Origin: Candidatus Daviesbacteria bacterium
GTDB lineage: Bacteria; Patescibacteriota; Microgenomatia; Daviesbacterales; UBA10151
NCBI GenBank assembly: GCA_028715175.1
Contig: JAQUSJ010000001.1
Coordinates: 7,760 to 71,759 of the forward strand
DNA length: 64,000 bases
Direction: 5' to 3'
Shown here one piece after another: positions 37,107 to 47,400 of the stretch (the stretch's first letter is position 1; every line of letters begins with the position of its first letter). The position numbers and the translations under genes are program-made. The notes beneath the pieces were generated by a model. The model did no database searches. It saw only the letters and a list, made by a program, of their open reading frames with translations, and had not been told where the DNA came from.

Positions 37107-37647
37107 GAGTGTATGGTTTTCCGATTAAATCCAGGATTATATCTGCAACCGTCGCCGGATGTGGAATATTGTGCATCTCTATAGCGACAGTCGCGCCGGC
37201 TGTTTGAACTTTGACATTGCCGAAATTAAATAAAGTCCCGAGTATGCCGGCAGTGACAGAATCGGTTTCTTCTATTTTTGGTAGCGGCGCCAAATCAACC
37301 GCTTTATAAAGCAGATATTCAAACTCCATATCAATAATTTTTTCATTAGTGACAATAGAGACATTAAAATACCAATTCAAAAATCCTTCAAAAACAACTA
37401 TCAGGACAAAAAGGTAATTGATGATTATCCCTGCCAACTGATAGGTTTCCGGAAACAAGGCCAGATCAAAACCTATCAGAGGAACTATCTTAAACACTGC
37501 AAAAGGAATAAAAAAAATAAATATCGAAAGAGCGATCCAGGACAAATTGGTAATCGGGTGAGCGCGTAACAAAAGCAGTATCTTCTCATTAGGGTCCTGC
37601 CCTTCGAAACGGCAATTGCTGGGCCGCTCAATATATGCGGAAAACAT
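37090..37647 (-). CDS. membrane protein with bacterial PH (bPH_2/YdbS-like) domain
   Basis: Two N-terminal TM helices followed by a roughly 90-aa soluble domain. Confidence 0.4.
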   Translation of the reverse strand: MFSAYIERPSNCRFEGQDPNEKILLLLRAHPITNLSWIALSIFIFFIPFAVFKIVPLIGFDLALFPETYQLAGIIINYLFVLIVVFEGFLNWYFNVSIVTNEKIIDMEFEYLLYKAVDLAPLPKIEETDSVTAGILGTLFNFGNVKVQTAGATVAIEMHNIPHPATVADIILDLIGKPYTRVVPE

Positions 37648-37665
37648 TAAGCCAAGTATAACATA

Positions 37666-37745
37666 GTAGTCGTCAGCTATCAGTCTTCAGCTTTCAGACT
37701 TTTTTGAATCTGTCTGACGACTGACGTCTGATAACTGATAGCTAT
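37666..37745. repeat. dispersed imperfect-palindrome repeat element (about 80 bp), copy A
   Basis: agtcgtcagctatcagtcttcagctttcagac-ttttttgaatct-gtctgacgactgacgtctgataactgatagct; right arm is about 97 percent identical to the 59027-59105 copy. Confidence 0.5.
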
Positions 37746-39529
37746 TTCTGTTCAATATTAAACAGCGGTCCGACAATTTGAATATTGGCAGGCGCTCTCA
37801 GGTTAAAGAAGTTCTTAAAATCTGTCGCATTGATGCTTTGCGTGCCTCCATCACCTGATACACTAACTTGAGTGGAACGTCCGCTGCCGGTATCCCATCC
37901 TACGCTGACCGAGGAAATCGAATTAAACGACTTAATACCCCTATTTTGTAACTCCTGCCGAACTCTGCCGGCATCCCAAGTGTCTGTACCGTCTGGATTA
38001 GATTTGTCCGTTTGCGACAAATGAGTCTGAGTAGAAGAATCTGCTTTAGCAAGGAGCAGAACATTAACAATGTCAGCCAACTCATCTGACTTTAACCAGG
38101 CTGTTTTATTATAACCGGCTCTTGAGCCCCAATCACAGTAAAACCACGGGCTGCCTTTATCATAGGCGTTATTTTGTAAATCGGAAAAATTGCCAACCGG
38201 GCTGCTTGTATCAATAGCGTTTTTTGTCCAACTGGTATTATTCCAACCGATCGAACCTGAGGAAAAAACATAACCTCCGTGGGTAGAAGAAAACCAGGCT
38301 TTGGCCGGTGAGCCGCCGTTTGTCAGAACAATACCGGAAGTAGCAGCAACTGCAGCTTGCCAATTACCGTCATTTGTTTCTTTTTTAACAACCTGGCATT
38401 GCTGGGAAGGACAAATGGGGCCGGATCCATTGTTTGTATAAGCAAGCGCATAAGACCTGGCAGCAATCGCTTGGGCTTTCAAGGCTTCAAAAGGCCATCC
38501 TGCCGGCATTTCATATAAGTGCTTAAGATATTCTTCGATATTATAATTTTCATCAAAAGATTGACCGTATTCGTTTCTGCCGGAAACATGGATATTAATA
38601 CCGGTTGAGTAACCTGTTGTATAGTCGGCATTGAAATAGGCAGACAAAATTGTCTGCGCGCTCTGTCCGGCTTCTGCCCGACCTTTGGCGCCGTATTGGT
38701 TTAACCCAACCCGGTTTGGCACACCATAAGTAAAAGCTGCAAAACGGGGAGAAAACCCGGGGTCAATACCGCGATCGTCAACACAACCTCCCTGCATAGT
38801 ATAAGCACTGCGGGGGATATTCAAACTGGCCAGTTTGGCGGCAATTAATTCCTGCTGTCTGGCTGATAAAGAAGCGATTTGTTTACCCAGATCTGCCTGA
38901 TAAGCTTTGGCTTTTTTAATTTCGCCTCCTAAAAATTTAGCGTTTTTGTCAACGTCTGCTTGAATCAAAGCTAATCTGGCTTTATCTTTTTCCAGTTTTT
39001 CTTTTTCAGTCAGGAGACTTACAACTTCAGCCGTAATAGAACTAATGATCTGACGGTCTTCTTTGGTAACAGACTGGCGGTATGAGAGCTCTCTGAATAA
39101 ATCCCCTGCTTGAATAGATGAAAGAATAACCAGCAGAGGATCTGTCAGATATGAACGGATGTAGTAAGCTTTTATTCTTTGCTCCAAAAGGGCTTGCTGC
39201 AGAGCTAATTTATCTTCCCTTGTATCCAGATCTTTTTGTTTTTGGGCAATTCCTGCCACCAAATTATCAATAGTAGCTTGGATTTGGGCCAGTTGCCGCT
39301 GCAACGATTCAAGTTGACCTTCCAAGGGCTTGGTAGCATTGACAGATAGCTCCCGGGCGTGATTTAGAGAATCAATCTGTTTTTGCAGGTCTTCTATCTC
39401 ATCAGCAAAGACAGCTGGTAGTAAGTAGTAAGTAGTAAGTAGTAAGGATAAGACAGCCAAAATGGCTACCAAAAATTTCTTGGCAGATAACATGTTTCTA
39501 ATTTTACCATCCTGGCTACAAACTACCAA
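37742..39529 (-). CDS. SpoIID/LytB-domain protein with N-terminal coiled coil (peptidoglycan remodelling)
   Basis: LKHLYEMPAGWPFEALKAQAIAARSYALAY is the SpoIID/LytB signature; long N-terminal coiled coil; signal anchor. Confidence 0.7.
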   Translation of the reverse strand: MVVCSQDGKIRNMLSAKKFLVAILAVLSLLLTTYYLLPAVFADEIEDLQKQIDSLNHARELSVNATKPLEGQLESLQRQLAQIQATIDNLVAGIAQKQKDLDTREDKLALQQALLEQRIKAYYIRSYLTDPLLVILSSIQAGDLFRELSYRQSVTKEDRQIISSITAEVVSLLTEKEKLEKDKARLALIQADVDKNAKFLGGEIKKAKAYQADLGKQIASLSARQQELIAAKLASLNIPRSAYTMQGGCVDDRGIDPGFSPRFAAFTYGVPNRVGLNQYGAKGRAEAGQSAQTILSAYFNADYTTGYSTGINIHVSGRNEYGQSFDENYNIEEYLKHLYEMPAGWPFEALKAQAIAARSYALAYTNNGSGPICPSQQCQVVKKETNDGNWQAAVAATSGIVLTNGGSPAKAWFSSTHGGYVFSSGSIGWNNTSWTKNAIDTSSPVGNFSDLQNNAYDKGSPWFYCDWGSRAGYNKTAWLKSDELADIVNVLLLAKADSSTQTHLSQTDKSNPDGTDTWDAGRVRQELQNRGIKSFNSISSVSVGWDTGSGRSTQVSVSGDGGTQSINATDFKNFFNLRAPANIQIVGPLFNIEQK

Positions 39530-39566
39530 CTACTAACTACCCACTAATTATGGTAAGTTAAATCTA

Positions 39567-40673
39567 ATGTCCAAAGTTTTTGCAAATACTCTTTTTGTCT
39601 TAATTTTATTTTTCCTTCTCTTTTTTATTGGTTTACCTGAAACAGTGTGGGCAGGCGCAATCTATTGTACTCCACAAAATGTAGAGGTTGAAACAAACAA
39701 TGATTTTAATACTAAAGTAACCATAAGCACACAAGGCACTGCTATTAGAGATGGCGATAAACTTGCAATGGATATTTTTAATAACAAAGAGAGGGTTAAA
39801 CAATCAGAAGAGGTTACAGTAGAAAATCAAACTGTAGTTTTTAACTTAGGAAAATTAATTCCCGGAACATATTCTTATAATTTATTTCGAGTCGAAACAC
39901 CTCGTTCGCAAACATTATGTCTTGGTCGACAAGATGGAGCTATCTTTAGTGTCGATGAAAAAGGCCAGGGAGGAGAAATAACTGCAAGCAATAATATTGA
40001 ATTCATACCTAGCTCTCCCACCCCAAGAGACATTATTTTTGTTCGTGTAAAAAATCTACCAGAGGATACGGCATATTTGGTAGCCTTTTCGCGCGGCAAA
40101 GAACAAATTAGCCAAACCAGACCTAGCCGATGTTTTATTTCAGATAACCAAGAATTTGCTTTTTATATCGAACCTCTTGAAGCAGGTTACTGGAATGTAG
40201 TCGTCTCTAAAAAAGCCGGACAACCAAATGACGATCAATGCCAGTTCGCTACCGGATCTCCATTAGCTAGTGGAACAATTAGAATTTCTGAAACTGATAT
40301 TGTTATTCCCACTAAACCACCTCAAAAGGCCTCAGCAAAAGGAGATCCTTGTGATGATAAAGAAAGAGGGCCGGCATTTAAGACTGCCATTGGCTGTATT
40401 CATACCAACCCAACAGAACTTATTAAAGATATCCTCACCTTTGTTATTGGTATCTCCGGAGGACTAGCATTTTTAATGATGCTTTTGGGGGCATTTCAGA
40501 TGTTAACCTCTGCTGGAAATCCTGAAACTTTGAATGCAGGTAAAGATAGATTAACCAGTGCAATCATTGGACTTTTGTTTATTGTTTTTGCAATACTACT
40601 ACTACAAATTATTGGAGTTGGTATACTAAGCATACCAGGATTTGGCAAAGGTTTACCAAATAAATTTATATGA
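39567..40673 (+). CDS. secreted protein with C-terminal VirB2/TrbC-like 2-TM pilin-like module
   Basis: C-terminus GAFQMLTSAGNPETLNAGKDRLTSAIIGLLFIVFA is homologous to the five downstream small paralogs. Confidence 0.45.
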   Translation: MSKVFANTLFVLILFFLLFFIGLPETVWAGAIYCTPQNVEVETNNDFNTKVTISTQGTAIRDGDKLAMDIFNNKERVKQSEEVTVENQTVVFNLGKLIPGTYSYNLFRVETPRSQTLCLGRQDGAIFSVDEKGQGGEITASNNIEFIPSSPTPRDIIFVRVKNLPEDTAYLVAFSRGKEQISQTRPSRCFISDNQEFAFYIEPLEAGYWNVVVSKKAGQPNDDQCQFATGSPLASGTIRISETDIVIPTKPPQKASAKGDPCDDKERGPAFKTAIGCIHTNPTELIKDILTFVIGISGGLAFLMMLLGAFQMLTSAGNPETLNAGKDRLTSAIIGLLFIVFAILLLQIIGVGILSIPGFGKGLPNKFI

Positions 40674-40993
40674 ATAAGTTGGCATTAACATTACCCGGAA
40701 CCGGAAATATTATAGACAGCCCTGTTCAAGACAGGTTTCCCGATCTTGGGAGTGTTCTTTCAGGTCTTCTAAATATTACCTTCTATATTGCCGTATTCAT
40801 AACTTTCTACTTTTTCATTTGGGGAGCTTTTGCTTATATTGTGGCTCAAGGCAAAAAAGAAGATTTAGCCAAAGCCAGAAATAGAATTACCTGGTCACTA
40901 ATTGGGCTAATAATAATATTTCTGTCGTATTTTATAGCCAGATTTGTTGCCGAAATTCTCAAGACTAACATCAAAGGAGGGCTACCGTTCTGA
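40670..40993 (+). CDS. VirB2/TrbC-like 2-TM pilin-like protein (paralog 2)
   Basis: WGAFAYIVAQGKKEDLAKARNRITWSLIGL core between two TM helices; ATGA start/stop overlap with the upstream gene. Confidence 0.45.
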   Translation: MNKLALTLPGTGNIIDSPVQDRFPDLGSVLSGLLNITFYIAVFITFYFFIWGAFAYIVAQGKKEDLAKARNRITWSLIGLIIIFLSYFIARFVAEILKTNIKGGLPF

Positions 40994-41061
40994 AAAAATT
41001 TCCGATTCTACTTGCCCGGGTTAACATTGATGAAAAATTTGGCTTTGGAGGAATCACTTCA

Positions 41062-41310
41062 TTGGGGAAAGCAACCAGTGATTTGGTACCCCCTATATTT
41101 TCTATTGCAACAGCACTGGTAGTTATGTATTTCCTGTGGGGGGCTTTAAAATTTTTAATGTCCGGAGCAAACAAAGAAGAAACAGCCGAGGCAAGACAAA
41201 TGATTACCCATGCCATAATAGGGTTTATAATATTAATATTCGCATTTTTTATTTTGCAGTTCTTATTGAACGGTTTATTCAATATAAAGGATTTTCAAAT
41301 AATCAAATGA
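41062..41310 (+). CDS. VirB2/TrbC-like 2-TM pilin-like protein (paralog 3)
   Basis: WGALKFLMSGANKEETAEARQMITHAIIGF core; TTG start. Confidence 0.45.
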   Translation: MGKATSDLVPPIFSIATALVVMYFLWGALKFLMSGANKEETAEARQMITHAIIGFIILIFAFFILQFLLNGLFNIKDFQIIK

Positions 41311-41762
41311 AAATTTTATCTTTACTCATAATATTTTTTACATTTTTGCTTTTAACAAATAACGTTTATGCTCTTGACTGTTCTGGAGCAGATAAAGATA
41401 GAGTTGAGTGTAGATTCGGCACGATTACTCCTCCTTCACCCATAGCGGGTTTTATTGGTGGTGACCAAACAGGCACGGCAGGAATCAGTAAATTTTTATC
41501 AAATGGTGTGGCCCTCATTTACTCTATTGCGGTGGTAATTTTAGTTTTTATGCTCCTTTGGGGATCATTTGAATGGATAATCTCCGAAGGAGATAAAGAA
41601 AAAATCGCTGCCGCCCAAAAAAGAATCCTTAATGCCATTATTGGCATAATTCTTTTTGCCGTTGCTTTTGCCGTTATAAAACTTTTGGGCCAATTTACCG
41701 GTTTTGAATTTTTTGTAGGACAAAATCCACCATCTCTCTTGCCATATGAAAGAACTATATAA
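41307..41762 (+). CDS. VirB2/TrbC-like 2-TM pilin-like protein (paralog 4) with signal peptide
   Basis: WGSFEWIISEGDKEKIAAAQKRILNAIIGI core; ATGA overlap with the upstream gene (start taken at MKILSLL). Confidence 0.45.
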   Translation: MKILSLLIIFFTFLLLTNNVYALDCSGADKDRVECRFGTITPPSPIAGFIGGDQTGTAGISKFLSNGVALIYSIAVVILVFMLLWGSFEWIISEGDKEKIAAAQKRILNAIIGIILFAVAFAVIKLLGQFTGFEFFVGQNPPSLLPYERTI

Positions 41763-41808
41763 CCGCCGCTTGACAAATAAATTTTTGTGTGACTAAAATA
41801 AATTGTAG

Positions 41809-42192
41809 ATGAAAAAATTATTAGCTTTGCCCTCTGCTATTACTGCTTTATCAATACCTGTACTAACATTTGCTGCAGACGAAAAGATAAATATCAGTCC
41901 TCCCCCGTACGGCTATAAAAGCCTTGGCGGCTTTGTTACTAACCTAATCACTATTGCTTTTAGCGTTGCTATCCTGACAGTTTTGGTTATGCTTATCTGG
42001 GGAGCATTTGAATGGATTGTATCCGGAGGTGACAAAGAAGCTGTAGGTAAGGCCAGAAACAGAATTCTCAATGCTCTCATAGGTTTAGCTGTTTTGGCAA
42101 TAGCCTTTGCTCTGGCAACTGTTGGCGCTCAAATTTTAGGTTTCCCAGATATCACAAGCGGCCTCCCTATCCCGACACCGCCTCCACAATAA
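41809..42192 (+). CDS. VirB2/TrbC-like 2-TM pilin-like protein (paralog 5) with signal peptide
   Basis: WGAFEWIVSGGDKEAVGKARNRILNALIGL core. Confidence 0.45.
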   Translation: MKKLLALPSAITALSIPVLTFAADEKINISPPPYGYKSLGGFVTNLITIAFSVAILTVLVMLIWGAFEWIVSGGDKEAVGKARNRILNALIGLAVLAIAFALATVGAQILGFPDITSGLPIPTPPPQ

Positions 42193-42222
42193 ACTTCGTA
42201 AGATTGATCTGCAACGATATTC

Positions 42223-42576
42223 GTGGTAAGTTTAAAGTATATGGGCCCAGACGCTGCAGGTTTAACAGAAATTGAAAGAGTTATCGGTAATGTTATTTCC
42301 GTTATTGTAGGTCTTGGACTTATTGCCATGCTGGTGATGTTAATTTGGTCTGGATTTAAGTTCCTTTTTTCCGGCGGAGACCCCAAAGCTGTGGAGGTTG
42401 CCCGTCTGACATTTGCCTGGGCAATTTTAGGAATTATTTTTATGGCTATTGCCTGGTTAATTTTGCAGCTTATTGCAAGCTTTACCGGATTACCAGTAAC
42501 AGTATTTAATATAAAAAGTCTATGCGGTGACCCGCAAGCAAATTTTCCGTTTTGCAGCCCATCACCTGCCCCTTAA
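42223..42576 (+). CDS. VirB2/TrbC-like 2-TM pilin-like protein (paralog 6)
   Basis: WSGFKFLFSGGDPKAVEVARLTFAWAILGI core. Confidence 0.45.
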   Translation: MVSLKYMGPDAAGLTEIERVIGNVISVIVGLGLIAMLVMLIWSGFKFLFSGGDPKAVEVARLTFAWAILGIIFMAIAWLILQLIASFTGLPVTVFNIKSLCGDPQANFPFCSPSPAP

Positions 42577-42615
42577 AACTTGCAAAACAGGGATGATTTG
42601 TTTTACTGTTAAAGT

Positions 42616-44406
42616 ATGACTGCCTGGAAGTTAGTTGTTAGTTGTTCGTTATTAGTTATTAGTTTATTTTTAGCACCTCTCTCTGCACTGGCTGTATCTT
42701 CTCTCCCTAGCTCAAGCACCTCTGCAACTACAACCTACAACCTACAACCTACAACCTCTTTACCTCCTACCATTCCCCCTACCTCTCCTCTTTATACTGA
42801 TCTTTTGGTCAATAATATGTTCCATACTTTCAGCTGTCTGGCTGTGGGACAATCTGTAATTGGCCAACCATGCTTAACTTATCAGATTACCAAAAACGCC
42901 CAGGGGGCAATCCAAAGCGTGCCTGTTCTTTCTTCGGTAAATTTATCCGGAGGAACTTTAGGCGCTGTTACTTCTGTAATTGGGGCTTTATACATGAATC
43001 CGCCTGTTCGAACTGCTGATTATCTAGCCTCTGTAGGAGAGGGTTTGGGAATAGTTAAACAGGCTCATGCTCAGGGAGTAACCGGATCCGGGGCCAATGT
43101 GCTAAAACCCATTATCAGCTTATGGCAAGTGTCAAGAAATATTTCATATGTCATCATGATCATTATTTTTGTGATCATAGGCTTGATGATTATGTTTAGA
43201 AATAGAATAAATCCACAAACCGTCATTACCGCCCAAACTGCATTACCCGGATTAGTGATTGGTTTAATCTTAATTACTTTCTCTTACTTTTTGGCAGGAC
43301 TGATTTCTGACATGGCCTTTATAGGAACAAACATCGTCGGCTATTACTTTTCTGCTGCCCAAAATTCGCCGTCTGGTTCAACTATACATTGTCCCGATTC
43401 GTCCAGCCTGGTGGATTGCACAGAAAAGGCAAATGTTTTAAGTATCTTCAGCCCGCTGACAGGAATTATTGACAAAAATAATGCTGCTACTATGTTAAGC
43501 AATGTATGGAGTTCGCTGAGCGTAGAAGCCCAACGTTTACTAACAATGCTGGCAATGTTTATAACAGCCCAAACAACCTTACAAAGCACAGAATTTTTAA
43601 AGATGATTCCTAAATTTGGAGAAGCTGTTCAAGCGCTTCTTGTTGGCATTACAGTAGGTGCTACCCTAACAAATCCTACTGCTCTTATTGGACTTGCTCT
43701 AGCCTTTATAGCAACCGCTATATTACTATATTCCATGTTTAAACTATTGCTACGTCTTATAAATAACTATATAACCATTATCTTTTTAACCATCACTGCC
43801 CCTTTCCAATTTTTAGCAGCATCTTTGCCCGGCAGACAGGGAATCGCTACTGGTTGGATTTTAAATATGTTAGCCAATATTTTGGCATTTCCGGCAGTCC
43901 TGGCTGTATTCTATTTTGTGGCTTTTCTTTTGGGACCAAATGTTGAAGCTGTAAAAAAATTACCATTTCAAGTTTCTGATAAAACTGCGGTAACCGGCAT
44001 CTCGGCTTTTCCTCTGCTCGGAGGCTTAGATCTTAACTTTATCAATCTTCTCTTAGCTTTTGGAGCTTTGGTGGCGCTACCTTCTATTCCAGATATTATT
44101 GGTAAAACAGTTGGTAGAGCTTCTCAAGCTGAACAACTGATTGGTCAGGGGATTGGGGCTGGAATTGCCCAAGGTAGAGGCTATGCCGGCCAATTCCAGC
44201 AAGGAGTAGGAGCAGCCAGTAGCCAATTTGCTAGAGCCAGAGGTTTGTTCAATACTCCTGGATATAAAATGCAGTTAGTCCCTGGGACTACGGATCAATA
44301 CCAAATCGTAGAAACATATGAAGCAGGAAGAGGCGCTACTTTTGGAACTCTAAGCAGAAGAGGAATTACCAAGCCACCAAAATTAGAACCAGGTGTCGAA
44401 GAGTAA
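42616..44406 (+). CDS. polytopic membrane protein, VirB6/TrbL-like candidate
   Basis: 596 aa with signal peptide, Ser/Thr/Pro-rich N-terminal region and at least 6 TM helices; positioned after the pilin array as in T4SS loci. Confidence 0.4.
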   Translation: MTAWKLVVSCSLLVISLFLAPLSALAVSSLPSSSTSATTTYNLQPTTSLPPTIPPTSPLYTDLLVNNMFHTFSCLAVGQSVIGQPCLTYQITKNAQGAIQSVPVLSSVNLSGGTLGAVTSVIGALYMNPPVRTADYLASVGEGLGIVKQAHAQGVTGSGANVLKPIISLWQVSRNISYVIMIIIFVIIGLMIMFRNRINPQTVITAQTALPGLVIGLILITFSYFLAGLISDMAFIGTNIVGYYFSAAQNSPSGSTIHCPDSSSLVDCTEKANVLSIFSPLTGIIDKNNAATMLSNVWSSLSVEAQRLLTMLAMFITAQTTLQSTEFLKMIPKFGEAVQALLVGITVGATLTNPTALIGLALAFIATAILLYSMFKLLLRLINNYITIIFLTITAPFQFLAASLPGRQGIATGWILNMLANILAFPAVLAVFYFVAFLLGPNVEAVKKLPFQVSDKTAVTGISAFPLLGGLDLNFINLLLAFGALVALPSIPDIIGKTVGRASQAEQLIGQGIGAGIAQGRGYAGQFQQGVGAASSQFARARGLFNTPGYKMQLVPGTTDQYQIVETYEAGRGATFGTLSRRGITKPPKLEPGVEE

Positions 44407-44433
44407 GAAGACACAAAATAAAGCTCCGGTTTA

Positions 44434-47400
44434 TTAAAGAGCCATCTTATCAAATAACCAACCAGCCCAATCGCGGCCATCATACTTTCTAACCCATTGA
44501 CCATTTTCAGCTACAAACCAGTAATAAGGCTTCCTAAGGAATGAGTAGACTTCTGCTTCAGCCGGATATGCCTGCGCTCCGCCTCCGGGCCCCTTATCCA
44601 GCAACCAATCTACGTAAGCGTTCCAAAACATTCTTGCAATATGCCTGGAAGTCCCGGTATTCTTTTCCTTCTCCAGGGCTATAGCCGGATTAAACCTACC
44701 ATTGGGTAAAAAGACATCTGTTTTTCTTAAATCTAAAGCTCCACCTGCATTTCTCTGATCCGAATACATTGTCCTAACTTTTCTTAATGTATCCCATACT
44801 CTACCAAAATTTTCCAGTAGTATATGAAATACTTCCACTTCTCCCTCAGGCTTCTGAAGAGCTTCAACTAGTTTCTCTCTGATCTTTAACACATCTTCAG
44901 AATTATTGGTTGGCTTCATTAATAAACCTTCATGATGATCCCCTGTCTTAGGATCAGTACCACCAATCAAAGCAAACCATAATATAGTACTGCTATCCAT
45001 CAGATTAATAAATTTAGTGATAGCAAATTGACTGGCTATTCTTTGGTTTGTTAATTCATGAATCTTATCATCCATCATTGAAACCGCTCCCATTACCCCA
45101 TGACGCCCTAAATTACCAGCCATGGTATCTGCGTGCATAGGAGCTACAGAGAGTGCTGCCTTAAGTCTTCTAGCCCATCTGTCAGGCATTTTGGCAGTCA
45201 AAGCTTCAATTTGCAAAGAAAATCTAAAATCACCCCCAAGATCTTCAGTATAATAACCAGTACCCATATGTTCCTTATTACCATCATTAGGCAAAGATCG
45301 CTCCTTGAAAACATTTCTTACCCCAACCCAACCTAAAAGCGACTCTTCAACCGCAGCATCAAAAACAATCCCTTCCAAAGTCATTTGTTCCCCAGCAAAC
45401 TCTTTGACCCGGCACAAAGTGGGATCCAACGTCAGAAGTAAACCAGCAAAAATATCAGCATCTTCTGGCCGTAACTTTCCATCCCTGATTTGTCTGGCTT
45501 GGTCAATTACATAATCAGGCAACAAAGTATGCGTATTGTTGCTTTGATAAGCCCAATAAGTGTGAGCTGTATGCAGGGCTAACCAACTGTCTGCGGCAGT
45601 CGGGACATCCAAATCAACTTCTTCAACAAAAACAAATGTTCCGTCACCCCGTTCTGTTAAAATATATTTAGGATTGTCTTCAAGACCATAATGCAGGATA
45701 AGGTTACCAAGATCTATAAGTTTACGATCCTTTCCTCCGGGTTTATCATAAATAATGAGCTTACCGCTTGTTGCATCAAAATCGCTCTCGCCTAAACCAA
45801 CAGGTTTACCACTTTTATCGTAACCAAAGATAGGCTGACTGTTTTCATCAAAAGCAATAATAGGTAGCCCATTTTGGCTGTAGCCGAAAACATGCGGCCT
45901 TTTTAACTTCATCTGGCTAAGAGCAATTGGCTGAAGTTCAATCATACCGGACTTTAATTCACCATTCTCATCAAAATAATCTAAGTAATTAGCTGCATAA
46001 TCAGCATCAGAAAATTTTGCCGCAAATCCTTTTTCATAAATGGCATCTACCGCCCTTTCAAGTGCTTTCTGTACCATGGCTTCTCTGTATCTAGCTCTAA
46101 AATTAGGGTACCTATACTGATCATTTTCATCCTTACCCTCTACTCTTTCCTTAAACCCTTCTGTTTGCCAAATAGGTGAGTCGTCTCTATATTTCATCCG
46201 TATCCAATTTACAACAGCCATACCGGCTTTTTGAGCCAGATGGGCTGGGATATGATCAAATGTAAGATTTTCTCTGTCCGCAGGATTCAGGCTGTTATAT
46301 AGAGCTTGTTCTGTAGGAGGAAAAGAATCCAGTCGCCTACCTTTAGCTATCTCATCCAAAATCCATCCTTTATGCTGATTCTCGGTAAAACCTTTTCTTC
46401 TCTGCGCAGGCGACCATTGGCTGATATCAGGATCTGAAGCTTTTTGCTCCTTATGATTGTCCTGCCGGAATTTCAAATACTCCCGGACATATTGATTTTT
46501 ACCAACGAAATAAACTGCTCCACCTCTGATAGTTGTTTCGTGAGTTACGCCCTGCATTTGCATAGCTACATCAAAGCTAGTTTCTGAATCGGCATAATAT
46601 TTATCGTAAAACCTCTTATCTTGTCTTTTAATCCGTTTTAACTTCACTAATTTATCAATCAATTTTTCTTTTCTCCCTAAAACTACCGTCCCTGTCCTAA
46701 CTTCCTGCCTAAGTTCATCCATTAGGGTTTGGATTCTGCCTAACTTAACAGAATCCCGTAATTTTCTGGGGAAATTCTCGGGGAGTTTATCAATATCCAA
46801 ACCTTTGTTGCGAACATATTCCTGATAGTTATTTCTGTGAGCATCGCTATTATCAAACCCATCAAACAGGGCCTTCAAAGCCTCGGCAGATTGATGAATA
46901 CCTATCCGCTCCTGATTAGTCTTCGGGTGTACTCTTTGCGCTAAATAAAATTCCCTGTCATCGTCTTCCGCAAAGCTGTCTAAATCATCATCATTCTCTT
47001 TCAGATGTTTATCAAGCTGTTCCAAGCGTACTGCCCTTTTGTAACGCAATTCTGGATCCGAAACAAGATCTACATCACGCCAGTCATAGTCTTTTAAGAC
47101 AATGCCCATGCCTCTTTCTTTTTGTATTCCATAAATTATTGCCCTGATATACTCCTGCACCTGAGTGCGATCTCCAAATTGTCCTCTTGACCCTTGGGCG
47201 TTTAAGGCAAATTCAATCATAGCCAAATTATCAAAACAAAAGGTATGAAATCCAACTCCGCATTCCTCGCCTGAGCGCAGAGCTCTAACCCATCTTTGAG
47301 GTCCTTCGTGCATAGCCATTGCCATTGCACCCTGCTTAGCCCCTTCTTTGTTATAATGCTCGCTATTGTAAAAAGTGTGCCAGAGAAAAGCCCGTCCTTC

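Noticed and set aside
39419-39445. Tandem heptamer gtagtaa x4
   Set aside because: Lies inside the signal-peptide coding region of the SpoIID-like gene and simply encodes LLTTYYLL; not an independent element.
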